Source: Candidatus Brocadiia bacterium | GTDB taxonomy: Bacteria; Planctomycetota; MHYJ01; JACQXL01; JACQZI01 | Direction: 5' to 3' | DNA: 41,587 nt | Assembly: GCA_020051675.1 (NCBI GenBank) | Contig: JAGVQN010000023.1 | Span: 1-41,587 of the forward strand | Shown: one piece after another, positions 26,631-35,468 of the stretch | Layout: each line of letters opens with the position of its first letter | How positions within the stretch are numbered: position 1 is the stretch's first letter | The notes under the pieces: model-generated | Told to the model about the DNA's origin: nothing | What the model saw: only the letters and a program-made list of their open reading frames with translations | Databases searched by the model: none | Translations under genes and position numbers: made by a program

Positions 26631-28973
26631 ATGAGATTTAAGATTTACTGTTTTTGCCTGTCTACTATCTGCTTAATGCTCTCTGCTATTGTTTCTATTG
26701 CCCAGGAAAAGCCCCCGGAAAACGGTAAGGCGCCGAAGGAAACCGAACTAAGCGCCTACATTAACTATAAAAAGTTCACAATAGTTAAAGAAGAGCCTTT
26801 CATTGTCGCCTTTGAGGATGTCCTTGCCTACCTGCCGGACCGGACTATTAAGGCGGATTACCTGATTGCCTGGCGCTACGGAAAAGCAGAGGACAAAACC
26901 GATTTCCCTTTTGATGAAATCTACTGCGAGGGAAACATCCAGATAACCATAGAAAAAGATACCATTCGCGCGGATCGGGCTTATTACAATATTAAAAACG
27001 GACAGGGCATCATAAAGAATATCGAATGGCGCACGGTCCTGACGGATGAAAAAGGAAATGTCTCGTCCAACAGCCTTCCGGTGGTAATCCGCTCAGCTGA
27101 AATCATCCAGACCAGCCAGAATGTTTTTAAGGCGTATAAAGCATCTGTAACCACCTGCCCTCACGGTAAGCCGCATTATGATTTCTTTGCCTGGAAAGTG
27201 GTTTTCACCAAGGTGGGCACGAGTAAAGCGATAAGCCTGTACCACGTAATTCCCCGGTACGAAGGCATCCCATTTTTTTACATACCGTATATGTATAAAG
27301 TAATCGGCAACGAACCGATAATCCGTTCGTTACGCGGTGAACGCAACACCCGCTTCGGGTTCACCAGCATTATTGAACTGGGGGTTAATATTAACAAATA
27401 CGAGCTTGATGAAAACGGAGCCCCGGTAAAAGATAAAAACGGATTCTACATACCAAAGCGCTGGGGAGATTTGACGCTTGAAAACGATTATTACAGGAAG
27501 CGCGGCCTTGCCTGGAGGCCGGAACTTGAATACAAATGGGATAACTACTACGGAAAAATCGGCGGGTTTTATATAAGGGATAAGGGCCCTGACCCGAACA
27601 ACGCCTATGACCGCCAGTTCCTGCCCATGGAGGAAGAAAGGCGATGGCGCGTGAATGTTTTTAACCGACATTATGATTTTATGGGAGTCCCGGGATTACG
27701 ATATGATGTGGAATATTCCGGCATGAGCGACCGCAATGTCCTGCTGGAATATTTTGAGAAAGAAGCCAGAGAGGATAAGGAACAGGAAACTTACGGATAC
27801 CTGCGCTGGACAAAGGAAAACGCGGGGTTGACGCTTCTGGAACGCCCGCGCATAAACGATTTCCAGACGCAAACCGAATACCTGCCCCGGGTCCAGGCGC
27901 AGCTCTTTAAAATATCCAAGGATGTTTTCCTGCCCCTTTATTTTTCTTCCTTTAATGAGCTGTCAAATATCAGGCGCCGGTTTGACGAAATCAATCCTAG
28001 CTCGGATATGCTCCGCCTGATAAGGTTCGACAGCCTGAACGAATTATCAACCTCTTTCGGGCTGGCGTTCGTCAATTTCACGCCTTTTGCTTCCAGCAGA
28101 TTCACCACTTATGAAAACGGCGCCCTGGAAGAAGGCTATACGGACCGTTTCATCGGTTCGCAGGGGTTAAGAGCCTTCAGCCAATTCCACCGCTTCATTA
28201 ACACCAAGTCTCCAAAATTCGGAATAGACAAAATACATCATTTGCTCTCGCTTGACATCCGATATAGTAACAATATGGTCGTAAGCGACAAACCCGCGGA
28301 ACTGATTCAATACGATAATACGGATAAGCTGGATTATTTTTCCGAGTACTATCTGGAAATCCGTAACAGGTTCGAAACCGGCTCCGAAGAAAAATATTTC
28401 CAGTTTATGGAACTCGGGATAGCGGCGGAATATTATCCCAGAGCCGAAAGGGATACGGTCAGCGAAAAATACTCCAATTACCTTTACCCGATGAACTGGA
28501 TTACCTTATCGCCGGAAAACCCGGCCGCAGCCGCGCCGGCTTTTCCCAAACGGCATCTTTCAAATATCAACATGGATTTGACCTTAACCCCCAGAGCGAT
28601 ATTTTCCGTGAATTCATCAGCCGAGTATAATACTTACGAAAAACTGGTTGAGGTAATGAACAGCGCGTTGAATATTACGCCCTACCCGGAATGGAACCTG
28701 GGGCTTTTCCACCATTACCTCAGAGACCAGACAAACACAGTCGGTTTTTCCCTGTCCTGCAGCCCGATTGATAAATGGTGGCTTAAAATATCCGAGCAAT
28801 ACGATTTTGAATCCAATAAGTTTAATACAATCTCGTACAACCTCCAGCGCGATTTGCATGAGTTTTTGCTGGAATTCGGAATAGTCCGCGATACGGGAAA
28901 AGACGAGTTTATGTTTTACGTCAATATAAACCCGAAAGGGCTGTTCAAACGGAAAATAGGTTTTTCTTATTAA
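26631..28973 (+). CDS. lptD: LPS-assembly protein LptD-like outer-membrane beta-barrel
   Basis: Signal peptide, OstA-like N-domain (ADRAYYN...G), 'TTCPHGKPHY', 'GIPFFYIPY', amphipathic beta strands, C-terminal 'RDLHEF'. Confidence 0.8.
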   Translation: MRFKIYCFCLSTICLMLSAIVSIAQEKPPENGKAPKETELSAYINYKKFTIVKEEPFIVAFEDVLAYLPDRTIKADYLIAWRYGKAEDKTDFPFDEIYCEGNIQITIEKDTIRADRAYYNIKNGQGIIKNIEWRTVLTDEKGNVSSNSLPVVIRSAEIIQTSQNVFKAYKASVTTCPHGKPHYDFFAWKVVFTKVGTSKAISLYHVIPRYEGIPFFYIPYMYKVIGNEPIIRSLRGERNTRFGFTSIIELGVNINKYELDENGAPVKDKNGFYIPKRWGDLTLENDYYRKRGLAWRPELEYKWDNYYGKIGGFYIRDKGPDPNNAYDRQFLPMEEERRWRVNVFNRHYDFMGVPGLRYDVEYSGMSDRNVLLEYFEKEAREDKEQETYGYLRWTKENAGLTLLERPRINDFQTQTEYLPRVQAQLFKISKDVFLPLYFSSFNELSNIRRRFDEINPSSDMLRLIRFDSLNELSTSFGLAFVNFTPFASSRFTTYENGALEEGYTDRFIGSQGLRAFSQFHRFINTKSPKFGIDKIHHLLSLDIRYSNNMVVSDKPAELIQYDNTDKLDYFSEYYLEIRNRFETGSEEKYFQFMELGIAAEYYPRAERDTVSEKYSNYLYPMNWITLSPENPAAAAPAFPKRHLSNINMDLTLTPRAIFSVNSSAEYNTYEKLVEVMNSALNITPYPEWNLGLFHHYLRDQTNTVGFSLSCSPIDKWWLKISEQYDFESNKFNTISYNLQRDLHEFLLEFGIVRDTGKDEFMFYVNINPKGLFKRKIGFSY

Positions 28974-29000
28974 AGGATTTTTATCAATAAAGGACGGCTT

Positions 29001-30293
29001 ATGAAATTAACGATTATCGGAAGCGGCCATGTGGGACTCGTAACCGGACTATGCTTCGCCAGAAAAGGATACCGGGTGCTTTGCGTTGATAATGACAAGA
29101 AAAAAATATCACTCCTTAAAAAAGGCATCGTCCCTTTTTATGAACCGGGGCTGGATAAAATGCTCAAGGAAAGCATGCGTAAAAAGCGCATTGCATTTTC
29201 CGCATCGGTCAAGGAAGGCGTTAATCACGCTGAGGTGTTGTTTATCGCCGTCGGTACGCCATTGGGAGACGACGGTTCGGCAGACCTTTCTTATATAGAA
29301 AATGTATGCCGGGGAATCGCCCGGTCTTTGAAAACTTACCGGGTTATCGTGGAAAAAAGCACCGTTCCTGTCCGGACCGGCGAAAGAATGAAACGATTGA
29401 TAAAAAAATATTCCGGCGGAACCTGTTTTGATATCGTCTCAAACCCGGAATTCCTGCAGGAAGGAAGAGCCTTCCAAACCACACTTTACCCGGATAGGAT
29501 TGTCATCGGCGTGGAATCCAAAAAAGCCGAACGAATAATGCGGAAGTTATACGCCCGGTTTAAAGCGCCGATAATCGTAACCGATTTAGCCAGCGCCGAG
29601 TTAATCAAGCACGCTTCCAATTCTTTCCTGGCATTGAAAATTTCTTATATCAATGCGGTGGCCCGAGTATGCGAATTAAGCGGCGCCGACATCACGCAGG
29701 TGGCCTACGGCATCGGATTGGATAAACGAATCGGGCGGGACTTCCTGAAAGCCGGGTTGGGATACGGCGGTTATTGCCTGCCGAAAGATGTGGCAGCTTT
29801 TGCGTATATTTCAGAACATCTGGGGCATAAATTTAACCTGCTCCATGAAATACAGAAGATAAATCTGGGGCAACGAAACCTGTTTATCAAAAAGGCGGAA
29901 AAAGCCTTGGGCTCGCTAAAGGGGAAAAAAGTGGCGCTCTGGGGGCTTTCTTTCAAGCCCGATACGGATGATATCCGGGAATCGCCTGCCGTGGCAATTG
30001 CATACCGTCTGGTGAAGCTGGGCGCAAAAGTGCAAGCCTATGACCCTAAAGTGAAACCGTCTAAAATCCCTTCCCTTAAAAATAGGATGAAATTCTGCGC
30101 CTCGCCTTATGAAGCGGTTAAAGAAGCGCACGGACTCTTGATTGCCACGGATTGGAAAGAGTTCAAAAGAATCGATTTTAAGCATGTAAAAAAAGAAATG
30201 TTACGCCCTATTATTATAGACGGACGGAATATGTTTGACCCGGCAAAGATGAAAAAATCAGGATTTGTCTACCACGGAATCGGAAGGTCCTAA
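29001..30293 (+). CDS. ugd: UDP-glucose/GDP-mannose dehydrogenase family protein
   Basis: GSGHVG, EKSTVP, SNPEFLQEG, GYGGYCLPKD, FKPDTDDIRESP, DGRN. Confidence 0.92.
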   Translation: MKLTIIGSGHVGLVTGLCFARKGYRVLCVDNDKKKISLLKKGIVPFYEPGLDKMLKESMRKKRIAFSASVKEGVNHAEVLFIAVGTPLGDDGSADLSYIENVCRGIARSLKTYRVIVEKSTVPVRTGERMKRLIKKYSGGTCFDIVSNPEFLQEGRAFQTTLYPDRIVIGVESKKAERIMRKLYARFKAPIIVTDLASAELIKHASNSFLALKISYINAVARVCELSGADITQVAYGIGLDKRIGRDFLKAGLGYGGYCLPKDVAAFAYISEHLGHKFNLLHEIQKINLGQRNLFIKKAEKALGSLKGKKVALWGLSFKPDTDDIRESPAVAIAYRLVKLGAKVQAYDPKVKPSKIPSLKNRMKFCASPYEAVKEAHGLLIATDWKEFKRIDFKHVKKEMLRPIIIDGRNMFDPAKMKKSGFVYHGIGRS

Positions 30294-30313
30294 AAACATA
30301 AGGAGATTAAAAG

Positions 30314-30793
30314 ATGAGCAAAGTAATCTACGCCGGTTCATTTGACCCGGTAACCAAGGGACACCTTGATGTTATCGAACGCGGAAGCAAGATTTTCTCT
30401 GAGCTGATCGTGGCGGTGGCGGATAACCTTTCGAAACCGCCTCTGTTTACCAAAGATGAACGAAAAATGATGATAGAAAGCGGCGTGAAAAAATACAAAA
30501 ACGTCAGCGTTGATTCGTTTGAAGGGCTTTTGATAGATTATGTCCGTAAGCAAAAAACAAATATCATATTACGAGGCATCCGGACAATGTCGGATTTTGA
30601 ATATGAATTCCAGATGGCGCTCACCAACCGGGCAATCGCGCCGGATATCGAAACCGTTTTTGTCATGACCTGCGAAAAGTTTTCTTACATCAGTTCCAGG
30701 CTTCTTAAGGAAGCGGCCTTCTTGGGCGCGGATATTTCAAAATTCGTTACGCCGGAAGTTTCAGTCGCATTGAATAAAAAAATAATTAAATAG
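30314..30793 (+). CDS. coaD: Pantetheine-phosphate adenylyltransferase
   Basis: YAGSFDPVTKGHLD, RGIR..SDFEYEFQMA, ISSR. Confidence 0.96.
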   Translation: MSKVIYAGSFDPVTKGHLDVIERGSKIFSELIVAVADNLSKPPLFTKDERKMMIESGVKKYKNVSVDSFEGLLIDYVRKQKTNIILRGIRTMSDFEYEFQMALTNRAIAPDIETVFVMTCEKFSYISSRLLKEAAFLGADISKFVTPEVSVALNKKIIK

Positions 30794-30805
30794 AGGAGGA
30801 TGCCT

Positions 30806-31288
30806 ATGGCGCCTATTTTCCTTATCGGATTGAACCGGTTTGACACTAATAAAATAGTGTTTGATTCTAAAGTAATCGAACAGGTAAACCCGCACCGGTT
30901 TGAAATGAGGCTGTTGGACGGAATCCTTCTTTTTAAACCGGAGGAATGTTTGGCGGTGGCTTATAAAGACAGCCGAGCCGATGAATTCTGGGTGCGCGGC
31001 CATATCCCCGGACGGCCTCTTATGCCAGGCGTATTAATGATAGAAGCGGCCGCCCAGCTAGCCAGCTTCTATTATAAAATGACGGAAGGTAAAAACGACC
31101 AGAGATTTTTGGGTTTCGGCGGGGTCAATGACGTTAAATTCCGCCATACGGTTATACCGGGAGATAAACTTATTATCCTTGGGAAGTGCCTTGAAATGCG
31201 CGCCCAGAGGCGTATTATATTTGCCAGCCAAGGTGTGGTAAACGGTAAACTTGCATTCGAAGCGACTATTATCGGGATGGCCGTGTAA
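30806..31288 (+). CDS. fabZ: FabZ/FabA-like 3-hydroxyacyl-ACP dehydratase (hotdog fold)
   Basis: PHRFEMRLLD, GHIPGRPLMPGVLMIE, VKFR..VIPGD. Start 30806 fits the GAGGAGG spacing (30800 is the alternative). Confidence 0.8.
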   Translation: MAPIFLIGLNRFDTNKIVFDSKVIEQVNPHRFEMRLLDGILLFKPEECLAVAYKDSRADEFWVRGHIPGRPLMPGVLMIEAAAQLASFYYKMTEGKNDQRFLGFGGVNDVKFRHTVIPGDKLIILGKCLEMRAQRRIIFASQGVVNGKLAFEATIIGMAV

Positions 31289-31349
31289 TAAACACGTAAC
31301 AACGCATTCAACCTTGGCACGGTTTAAAGAAAAAGCTTTTTTGCTTTAA

Positions 31350-32417
31350 TTATTCTTCTTCAACGGGAAGCAATTCACCACTCGAGCCATCGATATCAGC
31401 TTCAGGAGGAGAACCATTCTCTTTTTTGGCTTCCGTTTTTTGCTCCTTGGCTTCCGCAGGCTCCACCTCAAAAGAATCGCCTTTCTTGGCTTTTTCTATC
31501 GCAGCCTGTATTGCTGTTTCGGCGGGAAGATCTTTGCTCTCTTTACGCAAGTCTTCCAGTTGCGCGACAGTTTCTTTTCTATTAGACTCATCGTTTCTGT
31601 CGCCTGCCATATATTTTCTCGTAATCTCTTTCAGCCTGAGATTCAGCGGTTCATTCAACCCGTTAAGCTCTTTCTCCGCAGCGACAAACACCTCATAGCC
31701 GCGCCAGTTATTGTTTTTAATGATCTGGTTTAATTCCTTAATCATTTCGGCTTTGTTTTCTTTTTCTTTATGTTTTTTCACTTTATCCCATCTTTTACTC
31801 AAATCCTTCTTGCTCTCTTCAGTTTTCTGCTCTGCCCTTTCAAAAGCATCAAGTATCATACTGCTTGGTGACGAAATCGACAGTTTTTCCATGAGATTAC
31901 CGTATTTATCAAGTATAACGGCAACGCCGCTTTTGCTTAACCTGTTGTTCTTATAAAACTCGCCTATTTTCTCGTCTGTGATTTCCCCCTTTTTATTCAC
32001 CTCGACAAACACATTGGCAAAAACCGCTTTTTCTTCGGAATATTTCAACAACTCCTTGTCGTAATTCGGAGGAAACTTTTCTTTCTCGGAAAAATAAAAG
32101 TATATATACAGGGGCTTTTTTTCTTTTTGTCTTAAATTGGATGATTCGTCAAACTTATTTGTTTTCCATTTAATGCCTACTTCATCAACTGTTGAACCAC
32201 TGGAAGAAGATGATGATGAAGACGAATTGTTTTGCTGCTCCTGCTTTTTGTTAACCCATTCTTCTATCTTTTTCTTCGTTTTCTCTGCCCGTTTCTGCGC
32301 CGGATTCTTTTGCTGGTTTGGAGGGGGCGCCTTCCCCTCTGCTAAAACAATAGCCGGAATTGGACCCAACCCTAAAATAAAGCAAATTACAAGCCCGCAT
32401 AATGTGTATCTGGACAT
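31350..32417 (-). CDS. Exported hypothetical protein, possibly with a Cys-less thioredoxin-like domain and helical C-terminus
   Basis: SD AGGAGG before ATG 32417; signal peptide; poly-Ser linker; 'IKW...KKPLYIYFY...VILDKYGN' pattern. Confidence 0.65.
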   Translation of the reverse strand: MSRYTLCGLVICFILGLGPIPAIVLAEGKAPPPNQQKNPAQKRAEKTKKKIEEWVNKKQEQQNNSSSSSSSSSGSTVDEVGIKWKTNKFDESSNLRQKEKKPLYIYFYFSEKEKFPPNYDKELLKYSEEKAVFANVFVEVNKKGEITDEKIGEFYKNNRLSKSGVAVILDKYGNLMEKLSISSPSSMILDAFERAEQKTEESKKDLSKRWDKVKKHKEKENKAEMIKELNQIIKNNNWRGYEVFVAAEKELNGLNEPLNLRLKEITRKYMAGDRNDESNRKETVAQLEDLRKESKDLPAETAIQAAIEKAKKGDSFEVEPAEAKEQKTEAKKENGSPPEADIDGSSGELLPVEEE

Positions 32418-32487
32418 CTTAGTTCCTCCTGTTTTAAATAAATACAATCCTTATATAACCCCATTATAACAGAGAAGTTGCGCAAAA

Positions 32488-33252
32488 TCAAGTTCCTTTT
32501 CTTAATCTTATCCATAATGATTTATCCAGCGTCATCAGCGATTGCATCGTGGTAACCGTCTTTTCGATATCATAAATCACCCTTCTATGAATAACTGTGG
32601 CCCCGTCAAAAATAGCGTAACATGCCCGCGGGTCGCCGTCACGCGGCTGCCCGACCGAACCAGGATTAATCAGCGTCTTGGTGCCCAACAACAAAGGATA
32701 TGTTTCATAATTCTGCCATTCCGGATGGACCAGATAAAAATCAGATGTGCAAACATAAGGAATATGGGTATGCCCGACAAACCCGATGGTCTCCACCAGC
32801 TCAAAATTATATTTAAGAGACATTTTTACCTCGGGCGTCAGATTGAAAAAATCATCCTTCTTAATAACGTATTCATCGATCTCTCCGCGCGGAGAACCGT
32901 GCGTGTAAATAATGCCGTCTTTTTTATATTCGTATTGCAAGCTGTCAAAGAAATGTTTTACCTGCGGATGCCTTTTGTTGTAATTTATGACTTCCTTGGT
33001 CCAGTTAATGGCCCTTTGGGCGGTCGGATTAAAGTTTGTTTTATCCTTGAAAAGGGCCAATTCATGGTTGCCGTAAATATTAATCACATTGTTTTCAAGC
33101 GATTTAACAATGCACTCAACCGGATTAGGCCCGTAACCGACCAGGTCGCCAAGGGAAATTATTTCGGTAATCCCCTGGGCTTTGATATCGTCCAAAACCG
33201 CCGTAAAGGCTTCTAAATTGGAATGAACGTCGGCAATAATGGCTTGTAGCAT
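32488..33252 (-). CDS. Metallophosphoesterase (calcineurin-like, YfcE/MJ0936-related)
   Basis: DVHSN, GDLVGYG, GNHE, HGSP, GHTH, NPGSVGQPRDGDPRA. Confidence 0.92.
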   Translation of the reverse strand: MLQAIIADVHSNLEAFTAVLDDIKAQGITEIISLGDLVGYGPNPVECIVKSLENNVINIYGNHELALFKDKTNFNPTAQRAINWTKEVINYNKRHPQVKHFFDSLQYEYKKDGIIYTHGSPRGEIDEYVIKKDDFFNLTPEVKMSLKYNFELVETIGFVGHTHIPYVCTSDFYLVHPEWQNYETYPLLLGTKTLINPGSVGQPRDGDPRACYAIFDGATVIHRRVIYDIEKTVTTMQSLMTLDKSLWIRLRKGT

Positions 33253-33315
33253 AACGCGAAGGCACGAAACTAATAACGCGAAAGCACCCCAAAAGTATAC
33301 GGGGCGATTCCATTT

Positions 33316-34653
33316 TTACTTCCAAACATTCTTTAAGTAAGAAGGGATGGCCGAAGCTTCTCTCGGGCCGACCATTACCTGCCAGCCTGATTCCGCTTCC
33401 AGCTTGCCGCTTAAGACCGCGATATAACCGGGAATAATCAGTTTTTTATGTTTTACCTGGTCCGCTACTTTACAATCATTAAGCGCCTTGGAAATTATTT
33501 TCTCATTCAATTTATCAGCCGCAAAAGCGGTCAAAACAGACATTCCTTCCGTATTGACAACCACGATATAACTCGGGATCTTGCTTCCCTCAACTTCCGG
33601 CTGCATGGTAAAATAGGTCAGAGAAAAATTAGTGGTCACTAAAACAGGCGATTGTTCGTTAACATTGCCAACCGTATATATTTTCGCTTCTACCTGTATC
33701 GGTTTCTGCGGATCTGTGTAAATATTTTGCCTGATGCTGACCAGCGGCAATCCCTGCCACAGGGAGGCCTCCGGCATAACCACAACGCCGGCATACTTGG
33801 CAATAAAAGTTCCCACAAAAATAACGGATTGGTACGCATCGCCGGCCGGCGCAAACACGATGACCGGAAAACCAAACGGGCGGAACGCCTTCTTTAAAGC
33901 CAACCGCCTGATTTGCGTAATATCAGAAAGTAATTTAGCCGGCTCCGTGCTGCCTGGATTTATGACCAGTTCTTTCACGCCTAAAGCGGCGATCTTCGGC
34001 GTCAGCTCCGCCAGTTCGTCAAGGTTCTTGCCGGCAACCCCCAATGGGCAATTATATTTCTTGGCAAGTTCCGCCATTGCCTGGTAATTTTCCGCATTCG
34101 CCCCGTAAAGCAACGGGCGCCTATCCGCGCATAACTTGGCTCCGGCTTCCATCACCGCCGGATTCACGCTGGACAAAATAAGCGAAAGCTTTGAATTCGC
34201 CGCGACTGTTTTTACCGCCTCGGCAAATTTATTCGCATCGCTGCTTTTATCCGTTACGGCAATAAGTTCAAACCGAACCTTCTTGCCGACGCGGTCGAAT
34301 TCCATGGCATTAATGCTTTTAACTTTTGCCGCTATATCGGAAACCGGTAAATTATCCGCAATCGCAACGGCCAAGCCGGGCTGATGATAAAATGTCTGCT
34401 CGTGCCTGAAAAGAACTGTTTCATTCCCGATCTCAACCTTGTTATCGCCGCTACCTATGGTCACCAGCTGGATCGGAGGCGCTGATGCGTTATCCAAAGC
34501 CGATTTGGCTTGGGCTGAAACATCAGGGCATTTATCCAGAGAAGTCTTCTTGCCGGCTAAAGCCATCGCAAAAGCCAGGCATGTCGGAACACCGCATTTA
34601 CCGCAGTTTGTCTTGGGTAAAAGCTTATAGATATCTAATCCTGTTAATGCCAT
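33316..34653 (-). CDS. acsC: Corrinoid iron-sulfur protein large subunit (acetyl-CoA decarbonylase/synthase gamma)
   Basis: LPKTNCGKCGVPTCLAFA...CP [4Fe-4S] domain, ETVLFRHE, NIYTDPQKP, TTNFSLTYF, G.SVLTA.AA, VGPREA. Confidence 0.94.
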   Translation of the reverse strand: MALTGLDIYKLLPKTNCGKCGVPTCLAFAMALAGKKTSLDKCPDVSAQAKSALDNASAPPIQLVTIGSGDNKVEIGNETVLFRHEQTFYHQPGLAVAIADNLPVSDIAAKVKSINAMEFDRVGKKVRFELIAVTDKSSDANKFAEAVKTVAANSKLSLILSSVNPAVMEAGAKLCADRRPLLYGANAENYQAMAELAKKYNCPLGVAGKNLDELAELTPKIAALGVKELVINPGSTEPAKLLSDITQIRRLALKKAFRPFGFPVIVFAPAGDAYQSVIFVGTFIAKYAGVVVMPEASLWQGLPLVSIRQNIYTDPQKPIQVEAKIYTVGNVNEQSPVLVTTNFSLTYFTMQPEVEGSKIPSYIVVVNTEGMSVLTAFAADKLNEKIISKALNDCKVADQVKHKKLIIPGYIAVLSGKLEAESGWQVMVGPREASAIPSYLKNVWK

Positions 34654-34698
34654 AATCCACCCGCTCCTTTCTGTTAATCAATTAACCCGTTAGTTCAA

Positions 34699-34727
34699 AC
34701 TATATAACCATAGGCAAAATCCGTCAA
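34699..34727 (-). promoter_or_regulatory. Sigma70-type promoter for acsC
   Basis: Minus strand TTGACG-N17-TATAGT. Confidence 0.55.
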
Positions 34728-34820
34728 GAAAATTACTACCTACTAACCTCAATATTATTTCCTACAGTAAGGACTATCGCCCTATAATACAAGAAAAAAC
34801 ACTAATTAAAACCATTTTTC

Positions 34821-34850
34821 TTGACCCTTTTGCTGAGCTTCGGTTATACT
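34821..34850 (+). promoter_or_regulatory. Sigma70-type promoter for the por operon
   Basis: TTGACC-N18-TATACT, 33 bp before ATG 34884. Confidence 0.5.
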
Positions 34851-34883
34851 AACCAAACTAACAATAGCAAGCTTGATATTATT

Positions 34884-35468
34884 ATGATTGAAATAAGATT
34901 CCACGGACGAGGCGGACAGGGAGCGGTGGTTGCCTCGGAAATACTCGCCAACGCGTTTTTCTTCGAAGATAATTCAGTCCAAACATTCCCGGAATTCGGC
35001 GTGGAACGCCGCGGCGCTCCGGTAGCCGCTTATTTAAGGATTGATAAATCACAGGTCCTGGTCCGTTGCAAGATATACGAGCCGGACCATATCATTGTCC
35101 TTGACCCGACACTGCTTAACGCGGTTGATGTCACTGTCGGATTAAAGCCCGGCGGCTGGATTCTGGTTAACAGCAATCATAAACCTGATGAATTGGGATT
35201 CCCCTCTAAATTCCGCGTGGCAACCATAGACGCAACCAGCCTGGCGATAAAATACCACCTGGGACCGAGGACTTCCCCTATCGTCAACACCGCCATACTC
35301 GGGGCGTTTTCCAATATCAGCCAATTCATGCCGATTAAAGTATCAATGAAAAGTATCTGCGGCGCCATTAAGAAAAAAGTCCCGATTCAAAGGGAAAATA
35401 ATATCAAAGCCGCCAAAGAAGCTTATAACATGGTGATAATTGATAAGGAACTATGCAAAGCAAAATAA
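34884..35468 (+). CDS. porC: Pyruvate/2-oxoacid:acceptor oxidoreductase gamma subunit
   Basis: [33 protein letters not shown]. Confidence 0.92.

Noticed and set aside
31314-31330. Second sigma54 promoter (TTGGCACGGTTTAAAGA)
   Set aside because: The -12 GC element is missing and the site lies between convergent gene ends.
32542-33216. 224-aa plus-strand ORF, and similar long antisense ORFs such as 35615-36217 and 20197-20763
   Set aside because: They fully overlap well-supported genes on the opposite strand and show no protein-family features.
33316-34653. HgcA mercury methylase
   Set aside because: Lacks the N(V/I)WCA(A/G)GK cap-helix motif and transmembrane domain, and has the N-terminal [4Fe-4S] domain of a true AcsC.
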